IMG/VR virus record: IMGVR_UViG_3300045988_109836
Length of the DNA: 64,000 bases
DNA from: a virus
Strand: one strand, 5' to 3'
Under the pieces are notes generated by a model. That model did not search any database, had not been told where the DNA came from, and saw nothing but the letters and a program-made list of their open reading frames with translations. Below, piece by piece: positions 45,863 through 53,905 of this stretch. Numbering within the stretch: the stretch's first letter is position 1; every line of letters begins with the position of its first letter. Both the position numbers and the translations under genes were made by a program.

Positions 45863-46897
45863 TTATTCACCCTTCGCTTTCAGATAATTATCCACAAACT
45901 TATCTGACGGTTTGGTGTAGTTCTTCTTGCCTTCCGGTACCGGGTACGCCCACTCATAGAAATATTTCTTTCTATCTCCTTCTCCCAATTCCCCAATTAC
46001 CATAAAGCCTTTTGCATTTCCCTTGCTTCTTTCTTGTACAATCTTCTCGAACTCTTCCGGGGGCGTGGTAGACGTTTCTTGTTTGAATATATGGTTATCC
46101 AACTCTTTCATCACCTTCTCCCTTCTTTCCTTCTTACTTTCTTTTTCTTTTACCTCTTTCTCCTTTTGTTCTTGCATCTTCTTTTCCTTCTCTTCGGACA
46201 TCTTTTTATGTACACCGCTTTTGTGTAAACTTTGGTCAAACATATTTCCTACGATATCTCCCAATATCCCATATTCCGATTCTTCTATTCCGATAATGTT
46301 AACGACATCTTCAATAAACTTTGTGCGTTTGGAAGGTGTATATCTTTCGTTGTAATATTTCTCTAATAGGGTTTCGTCTCCCAACATCTTTTTCAACTTC
46401 TCGTTCTTGTACACTTCCCCGTTTATTCTTTCCGTGTCCTTAATGATATTCTGTATGTCCTTGGAAGTAAAACCGTATGCCGTATCTATAGAAACGCTGA
46501 ATCCGTCATTTGAACCATAGGATTGAATATCTATACCGCCTTTCTCGTCTGCATTCGCTTTGGTGTGGTTGGAAACCCTTATCTCATAGCTCCCTTTCCC
46601 TGTCTCAAACTTGAAATAGCTGCTCGCGGTCGTTTTCGCCTTGGTGTAGTCATAATCGATATTATTCTTATCCAACCATGCTTTCAGTCCCTTAGTGACT
46701 GCTGCCGGGTTCGTTCCCGTCTTCTCTATGGACTTGTCACCGCTTCTGTTAATGACCTGGTTTGTCGATTCTCTTTCCTTCTCGGTATATATGTATATGA
46801 AACCGCCTTTTCCGTCCGGCTCTTTCCTTACATACTTGTGTGATACCGCCTTTTCCAGTCTGTCACACAACATGCTTTTCAATATATCTCTTTCCAT
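45863..46897 (-). CDS. Hypothetical protein (head module)
   Basis: 344-aa ORF. The N-terminus reads HKYVRKEPDGKGGFIYIY and the central region is Lys/Glu-rich. No assignable function. Confidence 0.55.
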   Translation of the reverse strand: MERDILKSMLCDRLEKAVSHKYVRKEPDGKGGFIYIYTEKERESTNQVINRSGDKSIEKTGTNPAAVTKGLKAWLDKNNIDYDYTKAKTTASSYFKFETGKGSYEIRVSNHTKANADEKGGIDIQSYGSNDGFSVSIDTAYGFTSKDIQNIIKDTERINGEVYKNEKLKKMLGDETLLEKYYNERYTPSKRTKFIEDVVNIIGIEESEYGILGDIVGNMFDQSLHKSGVHKKMSEEKEKKMQEQKEKEVKEKESKKERREKVMKELDNHIFKQETSTTPPEEFEKIVQERSKGNAKGFMVIGELGEGDRKKYFYEWAYPVPEGKKNYTKPSDKFVDNYLKAKGE

Positions 46898-46904
46898 ACT
46901 TCCT

Positions 46905-46940
46905 TTTTAATAAAAAGAAAGGGGTAATATCACCCCTTTC
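46905..46940 (-). terminator. Intrinsic terminator after the Nudix-domain gene
   Basis: The stem is gaaaggggt (46917-46925) paired with acccctttc (46932-46940). On the minus strand it is followed by TTTTTATTA. Confidence 0.7.
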
Positions 46941-46948
46941 CGAAACGA

Positions 46949-48817
46949 TTAATGTAATTGTAAACGGTATTTAGTTTGCTTAAGTGTTGCCATGAAATCT
47001 TCCACCCACGACTTTTCCCCTGCATATTCGGGGTTATTGTCAAGTCTTGAATAGAAATCCTTTGTACGGTCTATGATAAGGTCCACCAGTTCTATAGGGT
47101 CGTTGACCTCTATATCTTCACCGTTTATTTCCCCGTCCTTGAAACGTCCGAAACCGCTTTGTCCAGCTTCCATTATCTTGTCCTCATAATCTGAAAGCTC
47201 TTCAATCAAATCATCAAGATATTTATGCTTAGAGTTGTCTTCCTCTTTCCAGTGCACGTTTTTTGAACGGGTCTTCACTCCTTCCAGGAAGTTAGCGAAA
47301 TCGGCAAATACGGTATACATACCGTCCTCTTTCTTTGCCTTTTCCAATACATCCGCCTTTACCTTCCCTTCTTGAATCATTTCAGAAATAACACTCTTGA
47401 ATATCATTGCGTCCTCTACAGAAGAAAACTTCATAGAGACCGTCAGTCCGTCTTCCGACTTCTCTATTTCCTGGCTGTCCGGTTCTTCTCTTTCTATGGT
47501 TTCTCCTTCCTCGGTCTTCGCTATCCCGTCACCTTCCGGGCCTTTGGGTTTATCGTCCAAATCTTCCTTACAGATTGCGTTCGCGTCGTTGCAATCCATC
47601 GTCTTTTCAACTTCCTTACTTTTCCATTCTTCCGGCAATTCACTTTCAAGACCCAACTCTTTAGCGCGCTTCTTAATCCACGCCTGCACCTTTTCTTTCG
47701 GCATATCAGAAGCACCGGACAACTTGATGGCGTCCTTCAAATCCTGGCTGTTTCTGATAGGATATTTCCCGTTAGGCATTGCCTCACCTTTCTTTGCAAG
47801 GTCCTTTCTTTCACTGTGTGAAAAATCGGTCTTGTTATTCGCTTTCCGTATCTCTTTAGGATATTTCCCACACACGGACTTTACTACATCTTCCGTTACT
47901 TTTCCTTCCTGGAAAGCCTTCATTACGATTTCTACCGGACTGGGTTTCACTTCCAAGCCTAAAATCTTCTTGATATTGTCTTTCATATCAAAAATAAAAT
48001 CATAGTCTTCCAGTTCTGTAGCTGGTTCAATCCACATGCTGCCTATTTCTTCTTCACCGTCAACCACCACGAAAGCTGGGGATTCATCGTCTACATGCCC
48101 CATAAAGTAATGAATTTCCGCATTCTTTGTTTTTGCCACACCTACTTCCATAAGTGTATCTTCCGGCACGTCTATTCCGGTCTCCTCAAACAGCTCTCTT
48201 TGTGCTGCCGTCCGAAAATCCTCTCCTTCGTCAACATGTCCACCTGGTATACACCAATCCGGGGTATAGTTCATATGCTCCCCTGCTCTTTGTAGGATAA
48301 GCAATTTATTGCCTCTGAACAAAAGGACGTCCGCATATTTGACTACCCCAGTTTTCGCCTTCATGATATCGTCATATGCACTTTTTGAAAGCTTCTTGTT
48401 CTTCCATGCTTTTCTTGCTACATGGACCGCATACACGTCCGCAATTGCTTCCGCTATATCCTCGTCATTCTGGAATGCGGCAATAGCCTTGAAAACCTTG
48501 TCCCTGTCTTTCTGTAATTGTGCGACGTTTTTAGTATGCTCCTTCAAGAACTCGTTGTATTTCTTTTCCGAAATCTCCCTTTCGTCCTTATCAAGCAAAG
48601 AGAAGCTTTTCAATACCTGGCTTCTTTCTGCAAATTCGTTTGCAAGCTCTTCCGTTCTTGCTTCTATCTTTTCAGAGCGTCTTAATAACTCCCTGTATTC
48701 AGACACCTTTTGTTCGGCTGTCTGTAAATGAAATAATCTCTTTAAATTCATAGCTATAAATTTTTCTGCTAATGTACGAATTTTGCACAATCTATCCAAA
48801 AACGCAGACATTATCAA
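46949..48817 (-). CDS. Multidomain protein: coiled coil, Nudix hydrolase, linker, and a C-terminal helical Dps/ferritin-like region (tentative)
   Basis: A perfect Nudix box, GHVDEGEDFRTAAQRELFEETGI, lies at aa 193-215 (48173-48241). The C-terminus NVHWKEEDNSKHKYLDDLIEELSDYEDKIMEAG resembles the Dps N-terminal helices. The true start may be M23 (48751). Confidence 0.7.
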   Translation of the reverse strand: MIMSAFLDRLCKIRTLAEKFIAMNLKRLFHLQTAEQKVSEYRELLRRSEKIEARTEELANEFAERSQVLKSFSLLDKDEREISEKKYNEFLKEHTKNVAQLQKDRDKVFKAIAAFQNDEDIAEAIADVYAVHVARKAWKNKKLSKSAYDDIMKAKTGVVKYADVLLFRGNKLLILQRAGEHMNYTPDWCIPGGHVDEGEDFRTAAQRELFEETGIDVPEDTLMEVGVAKTKNAEIHYFMGHVDDESPAFVVVDGEEEIGSMWIEPATELEDYDFIFDMKDNIKKILGLEVKPSPVEIVMKAFQEGKVTEDVVKSVCGKYPKEIRKANNKTDFSHSERKDLAKKGEAMPNGKYPIRNSQDLKDAIKLSGASDMPKEKVQAWIKKRAKELGLESELPEEWKSKEVEKTMDCNDANAICKEDLDDKPKGPEGDGIAKTEEGETIEREEPDSQEIEKSEDGLTVSMKFSSVEDAMIFKSVISEMIQEGKVKADVLEKAKKEDGMYTVFADFANFLEGVKTRSKNVHWKEEDNSKHKYLDDLIEELSDYEDKIMEAGQSGFGRFKDGEINGEDIEVNDPIELVDLIIDRTKDFYSRLDNNPEYAGEKSWVEDFMATLKQTKYRLQLH

Positions 48818-49214
48818 TATAATAGGAAGTGTTTTTCTTCAAATCGGGCTTGTAAAAATATCGGTTCAATGTCTCCACTTTTTCTATACGGTCAATCCTT
48901 CCCCATTTATTATCGTATATCACAAGTTTGTCGGACATTTCCAAATCCTTTACCTTTACCGGAACAAGCCAGTTCTTTTCATGCGTCCATACCATCTGTT
49001 CACCGGACACCCTGTTAAGAATACCTTCTTTCCCTGCACTGTAATAGATATTATACACCGATTCTTTCGGTTTCATTTCGCGCACATACAGACCGTTTAC
49101 AAGCGTATAGGAACGTCTTGTCTTTACGGCTTCATTAATCCTTATATTCTTTAAGAACTTATCCCCTTCAAGCGTCCTTATCTCCACAAAACCCGTATTG
49201 AATCCTCCTGTCAT
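48792..49214 (-). CDS. Hypothetical protein with a Hint-like C-terminal half (tentative)
   Basis: 140 aa. VWTHEKNWLVPVKVKDLEMSDKLVIYDNKWGRIDRIEKVETLNRYFYKPDLKKNTSYYIDNVCV follows the T..H...w..a.eL..gD.l...g....i..v...vy.l.v....f...gv pattern of Hint domains. Confidence 0.4.
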   Translation of the reverse strand: MTGGFNTGFVEIRTLEGDKFLKNIRINEAVKTRRSYTLVNGLYVREMKPKESVYNIYYSAGKEGILNRVSGEQMVWTHEKNWLVPVKVKDLEMSDKLVIYDNKWGRIDRIEKVETLNRYFYKPDLKKNTSYYIDNVCVFG

Positions 49215-49216
49215 AA

Positions 49217-49825
49217 TCAGTGCTCCGTTTTCAAAAACAAACCTTCCTTAGTTATAAGTGCATATTCCGGTGAAGCCTTTATATTATAGAGGGTTCCTTC
49301 GTACAAGGACTGTCCTCTTTCCTTTATCTTCAACACTCCTGCGCCAATATTCATATATCCTGGATTATCGTTGTAATACTTCACGTATTCTTCCGCATCT
49401 CCCCGTTCTATCTCTTTATCTGGGCTTTTGTAACTCATTCCGGACCATCTACCGAAACAATCTTCATCCGTCCATTCGACAAATGTCTTTTCGTCTACCA
49501 ATGGTGTGTTTGTCTGGTACGGCAAAGTAAATGCAAGGTTTTTCGCGTCCTCGCATACAGAAAAAATATGTCCGTCTTCAAACACTATATTCTCCATCGC
49601 ACCTTTATAATAAACGGATTCAACCCCTTTCTTGAACATCGCACTATTGTTCATCATGCAATAGAGCAATACATACTCGTCTTCCTTTATCTGGTCCAGA
49701 CGTACCGGGACAACCTCCCAGTTGTACACATCCACCTCTTCCGTGCTTTCCTTGACACGTTCCTTTGTTACCCTTGTCTTCCGTAGGGTCAACACTTCCA
49801 CATCTCCTTTATATCCAAAAATCAT
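49217..49825 (-). CDS. Hypothetical protein (head module)
   Basis: 202-aa ORF overlapping the MuF-like gene stop by 4 nt. The C-terminus EGTLYNIKASPEYALITKEGLFLKTEH is weakly Hint-like. Confidence 0.45.
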   Translation of the reverse strand: MIFGYKGDVEVLTLRKTRVTKERVKESTEEVDVYNWEVVPVRLDQIKEDEYVLLYCMMNNSAMFKKGVESVYYKGAMENIVFEDGHIFSVCEDAKNLAFTLPYQTNTPLVDEKTFVEWTDEDCFGRWSGMSYKSPDKEIERGDAEEYVKYYNDNPGYMNIGAGVLKIKERGQSLYEGTLYNIKASPEYALITKEGLFLKTEH

Positions 49826-50775
49826 ACCTCAAACAATTTATCTCCGACATATATCTTTACTTTGCTTTTTCTCTCTACCTGTCTTTTGTATGGTTCTTTA
49901 GGCGGTTCAAATGAATGTGTCTCGTCATTCCAAACCATACCTTTAGGCACCTCCTTAAGGTCGCAACGGCAAAAAGGGTGAACACTATTTAACACTGGTT
50001 TCCAATCTTTAACTTTCCTCCCTATATTGTCCCCATTGCTTATAAGGTCTATAAGCTTGAATATCCTCGGTTTGCTTCCTATCCCTGCTGTGGTGTAAAA
50101 CTTTATGCAGTGCTGGCACGCTCCACTGAATACCTCTTTATATACAAGCGCGTCCGCCCCCTGTTCCTTCATTATCTGCTGGGCTACCCCGGTCTGATAG
50201 ATGTTCTGCATTTCGGTTTCCACTATACGTCCCCAGTCACGATTCCAGTCTTCCAGGGAATGCCCTATGTTGCTAACAATGTTCTGCACGGATTTCTTTT
50301 TCAACACACCTTCTATCATTTCCTTCTTTATCGTTCCAAGCTCCAGTTGTCTCTGTTTCTCTACAAGCGCTTTTGCTTCCTCTTCCGACACGGCATTTGA
50401 CATTATCGTTTTGGCCCGTTCCCCCATCGTCTTTATATAGGAGTACGTGCGTGTCGCTGCTGCATAATAAACTTCCTTTTCCAGGGGTGTAAGAACCGCC
50501 CATTGGTGACGGTCTATATACTTTGTAAAATCGTCAAAATTGAGTGTTGATAATTGTGCTGGCGTGAGTTGTGCACTCAATCTCCCAAACAGATAGGATT
50601 GGAAATAGGGTGGTAATTTTTGTATCTCCCTTCTCCATTTATAGCCATACCGCCTTAACAAAGACTTGTCTTCCGGTGTCAATAGTTCATCTCCCATTAC
50701 ATCGGCTACAATCCTTGCAAGACGGTAGTCTATTATATCATACAGTTTTTGTATCTCTTCCGGCGTAAATATCAT
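49822..50775 (-). CDS. Minor head protein, SPP1 gp7 / Mu F-like head morphogenesis family
   Basis: 317 aa with CQHC...HPFCRC, the characteristic H.nCRC signature of Phage_Mu_F. It lies downstream of the portal gene. Confidence 0.7.
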   Translation of the reverse strand: MIFTPEEIQKLYDIIDYRLARIVADVMGDELLTPEDKSLLRRYGYKWRREIQKLPPYFQSYLFGRLSAQLTPAQLSTLNFDDFTKYIDRHQWAVLTPLEKEVYYAAATRTYSYIKTMGERAKTIMSNAVSEEEAKALVEKQRQLELGTIKKEMIEGVLKKKSVQNIVSNIGHSLEDWNRDWGRIVETEMQNIYQTGVAQQIMKEQGADALVYKEVFSGACQHCIKFYTTAGIGSKPRIFKLIDLISNGDNIGRKVKDWKPVLNSVHPFCRCDLKEVPKGMVWNDETHSFEPPKEPYKRQVERKSKVKIYVGDKLFEV

Positions 50776-50972
50776 TTTCCGACCGTTTTAATCATTTCTT
50801 TTATAAGCTCCTTTATCATCGCGTCCGATTGTGTGGCAAACATGGTCTGTGCAAGCCCTTCATATCCGCATTGTATTTTCGGGTATCTGATAGGGTCTTT
50901 CACGTGTCTTTTCACTCCAATAAGACGCGATACCAAAGGTGTTCTTATACCATCAATTTTCTTTTCCGGCAT
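50772..50972 (-). CDS. Hypothetical small protein, with the start moved to M58 of the track ORF
   Basis: The N-terminal part of track ORF 50772..51143 overlaps the better-looking 80-aa ORF and is Arg/Trp-rich, which is typical of an off-frame translation. The stop overlaps the MuF-like start as ATGA. Confidence 0.35.
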   Translation of the reverse strand: MPEKKIDGIRTPLVSRLIGVKRHVKDPIRYPKIQCGYEGLAQTMFATQSDAMIKELIKEMIKTVGK

Positions 50973-51195
50973 TCTTCTTTTCTTTGATTTTGTAACCATC
51001 ATATAACGATTCGTCCCACATTGACATATCCGGTGCAGGGAAATAGGGATTTGAAGGCGCGTTTCTATAATCCTCTCTACCTTCTGGACCCATCGCTGCA
51101 ATTTCCTCCATCGTCCAACCTTCACCCATTCCGCGTTCTTCAATCTCGAACCATTCGTCGGCCGTCATATCAATTCCGTACTTTTTCTTTTCCAT
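50953..51195 (-). CDS. Hypothetical acidic small protein
   Basis: 80-aa ORF preceded by a consensus promoter and aaaggag. Confidence 0.5.
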   Translation of the reverse strand: MEKKKYGIDMTADEWFEIEERGMGEGWTMEEIAAMGPEGREDYRNAPSNPYFPAPDMSMWDESLYDGYKIKEKKNAGKEN

Positions 51196-51223
51196 AATTA
51201 ACTCCTTTCTTTAAGTTTCTATG

Positions 51224-51255
51224 CAAATATACAAAACTGTTCAGAATTGAACAAA
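51224..51255 (-). promoter_or_regulatory. Consensus Bacteroidota sigma-A-type promoter
   Basis: On the minus strand, TTTG is at 51252-51255, followed by a 20-nt spacer and TATATTTG at 51224-51231. The site is about 30 nt upstream of the ATG at 51195. Confidence 0.5.
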
Positions 51256-51256
51256 T

Positions 51257-52186
51257 TTATAAGTCTATTTTTTTAAGAAACCTATCAAGTTCTTTTTGAT
51301 TTAACACTTTGTTATCATAAATCACTCCATTATCGGAATTACCGTCATACAATTTAACGGACTTAAATTTATCTTTCAACGGAGTTTCGATAACTTTCTT
51401 GAAAGATTCGGATGCGCCCTTATGTCCTTTTCTCGCTATTTCTGTAGGGACATACCGTTTCGTTCTCTCAAAACGTTTCTGTATTCTATCCAAAGCCGTA
51501 TTGAAATCGGTTGCCACTCCTACCAAATGAACATCATAACCTTGTGCCTTCAATTCGTCAACAAGTTTTTCAAGTTTTGCCGGATTTCCAAAAACAGCAT
51601 CTTTCACAAAAGAAGATTTTTTGGAAACATATTCTTTATCAATCTGTTTTCCTATATCCGACACTTCTTCATGTACATAAGAAGCTGCCTTCTTCGGGTC
51701 TATATCCTTCACTCTTTCATAGTCCGGTATCATGTCGCGCATATCGTCCACGTCAATAACGGGCAACTTGTCTATAGACGGGTCTTTCTCTTTCATCTTC
51801 TTAAGATAATACCCTTTGCCCGAACCACCACCGCCAAGCATTAAGTAAGCACGCGGTTTGGTCTCAAACAACATTTTCTTCCGATATTCAGACTTCACTT
51901 TATTATGGACTTTAATCTGTCTGTCTCGTTTCCAAACACCGCCTTCCTTATAAAGGTCTTCCGTTGTCTTGGTTAAGTCGGCTTTCTCTTCCTCTGTAGC
52001 CTTTCTTTTCTTGTAGGGTAATCCCACAATACCAAGTTTTCGGTTTACCGCGTTGTTCACATATACGCCTTGTTGTGCCTTCGCAATTTCCAAAAGCGTA
52101 TCATACAATTCTGTACGTCCGAAGCTCTTTTCTAAAAGAGCCTTGTTTATGTATCTGTCCAGTTTTAATTCATCGAAGCTTTCCAT
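51257..52186 (-). CDS. Zeta-toxin-like P-loop kinase domain protein
   Basis: 309 aa. The Walker A motif is MLGGGGSGKG. VIDVDDMRD follows, and then GYDVHLVGVATDFNTALDRIQKRFERTKRYVP, matching the Zeta_toxin (PF06414-type) layout. It lies immediately downstream of the portal gene. Confidence 0.55.
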   Translation of the reverse strand: MESFDELKLDRYINKALLEKSFGRTELYDTLLEIAKAQQGVYVNNAVNRKLGIVGLPYKKRKATEEEKADLTKTTEDLYKEGGVWKRDRQIKVHNKVKSEYRKKMLFETKPRAYLMLGGGGSGKGYYLKKMKEKDPSIDKLPVIDVDDMRDMIPDYERVKDIDPKKAASYVHEEVSDIGKQIDKEYVSKKSSFVKDAVFGNPAKLEKLVDELKAQGYDVHLVGVATDFNTALDRIQKRFERTKRYVPTEIARKGHKGASESFKKVIETPLKDKFKSVKLYDGNSDNGVIYDNKVLNQKELDRFLKKIDL

Positions 52187-52192
52187 ACTGTC

Positions 52193-53902
52193 TTATTTGT
52201 AAAGATTTTTTAAATAATAATCAACTGCTGGTTTCATTATAGGATTGTCGTTAAACGACTTGTATTGTGCAAACGGGTCTTCCTCGTCTTCCGGTACACC
52301 TTCCGGCTGCTGTCCTGGTTGTGAAGCTCCGAACATCTTGTTTTGTTCTTCTGCCTGCTTCATTCCCTGGTACACCTGGTTAAGAATGATGTCCTTTTCC
52401 GGGTCAAAGTCTCGTCCGTTATACTTCTTGAAGATATCCTGCATGGCAACCATTCCGCTACTCAATTTCTCGGAATCAAGTTTTACCTGTGCTTCCTCGT
52501 CTTCCACCTCTATTCCGGTAAATGCAAACTCATAGTTTTCGTCTAACTCACTTACAATATACTTCGTTATGATACCCTGCAAGAATATCAATAGAGGCTT
52601 CAATCCTTTTTCCCGGCTGTGCTTCAATCTTTCGCGCTGCCCGTCCTGTCCGAATATCTGCTGACTTTCCTTGAAATTGAATCCAAGTTCGGACGGGTCT
52701 ATACGGTATACGGAACATGTCATTATAATAAGAAACTTTATCCATTCGTTAAATTCCATATCACGATTGCTAAGTTTCTGTAAATCAACCCATTCCAAAT
52801 CGATACCGTTTATAACGGGTGTGCGGTGACTGTTGCTTACCCCTGCCATCGTCTGTGTCCATGCCTGCCGAAACTCTTGCAATGTACTGTTTGATATATT
52901 GGGGTTCTTTATATTGATAAACCCTTTAGGCTGTGACCCCTGCGAAAAAAAATTTGCATTATAGGAAAAGCCCCACAATATCCAGGTTATGATATTTACC
53001 AGCGTTTCCAATTCCGATATCCCATATCCGTTTCTTCTTACATCAGATGTCTTGTTTCTGATACCAAAACCAAGCTCCCACGGGTAATACAATATCGGTT
53101 CCTTCGTTATAGGATTGTGAAGAATCATCTCGTCCCACACCATACAGTAACGCGGCAAATGCCCCTTAAATCTGTACTGCTCGAAGCCTTCCCTTTGTCT
53201 TGGGTCTACACTGTCCAGAAAGCGTATCAAAGAAGCGTCCACGGCACGGAATTTCTGCAATTCCCACATTCTGTTTCGCACCATCTCAAAGGCCAACTGG
53301 TCTAATGTAAGACTATCCGACATTATTTTACTTACAAATTCCTGCAAGCTGTCTACATTATCCCATTTGTCCGTCCATCCTCCCTTTTCCAGGAATTCGA
53401 CTATCTTTGCAATCTTTTTCTTGTCCTCGTTTGTCAGTTTTTCATCCCCGGTAGAAAAAAGGCTTTTCTTCTTTCTGATTGTGTAGCCTTCCTTCTGCTC
53501 GTCTTCCGAAAAGTCCATAAAGTTCATTATCTGCTCCACACGTGTAGACACGATACTTTTCACTATATGGATATCTCCCATCCGACGCAATACGGAAAAG
53601 GATAGAACCCCTTTGGAATCCTTGAATCCTCTTCCGTTGCCGGATATGTCGTTAGGGTCAAAGAAAACAGACTGTATTCTTGTCGGCTGTCTGTTGATTT
53701 CTCCCAGATACAAATTAGCTTTCATTATCTCCCCTGCATCATTCGAGTTCAGTGCAGCCTGCAATTTGCTTTGGAAAGCCATAGGTGCCGCCTTCTGTAA
53801 TCTGTCTATTTCTTCAATGGACAAACTCGAAAGGCTTGCTATCAAATCCGGCTTTTCCGCTTTTTGTATAATCTTTCTTTTTCTCCTTCCCATTGTAAAC
53901 AA
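52193..53902 (-). CDS. Portal protein
   Basis: 569 aa. The region NGYGISELETLVNIITWILWGFSYNANFFSQGSQPKGFINI...HRTPVINGIDLEWVDLQKLSNRDMEFNEWIKFLI matches the Phage_portal core pattern. It lies upstream of the MuF-like gene. Confidence 0.7.
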   Translation of the reverse strand: MFTMGRRKRKIIQKAEKPDLIASLSSLSIEEIDRLQKAAPMAFQSKLQAALNSNDAGEIMKANLYLGEINRQPTRIQSVFFDPNDISGNGRGFKDSKGVLSFSVLRRMGDIHIVKSIVSTRVEQIMNFMDFSEDEQKEGYTIRKKKSLFSTGDEKLTNEDKKKIAKIVEFLEKGGWTDKWDNVDSLQEFVSKIMSDSLTLDQLAFEMVRNRMWELQKFRAVDASLIRFLDSVDPRQREGFEQYRFKGHLPRYCMVWDEMILHNPITKEPILYYPWELGFGIRNKTSDVRRNGYGISELETLVNIITWILWGFSYNANFFSQGSQPKGFINIKNPNISNSTLQEFRQAWTQTMAGVSNSHRTPVINGIDLEWVDLQKLSNRDMEFNEWIKFLIIMTCSVYRIDPSELGFNFKESQQIFGQDGQRERLKHSREKGLKPLLIFLQGIITKYIVSELDENYEFAFTGIEVEDEEAQVKLDSEKLSSGMVAMQDIFKKYNGRDFDPEKDIILNQVYQGMKQAEEQNKMFGASQPGQQPEGVPEDEEDPFAQYKSFNDNPIMKPAVDYYLKNLYK

Positions 53903-53905
53903 TTT

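Noticed and set aside
50973-51143. N-terminal 57 aa of track ORF 50772..51143.
   Set aside because: It overlaps the 80-aa ORF 50953-51195 in another frame. The overlapping part is Arg/Trp-rich, while the 80-aa ORF has ordinary composition and its own promoter. Only the part of the ORF from M58 onward was kept.
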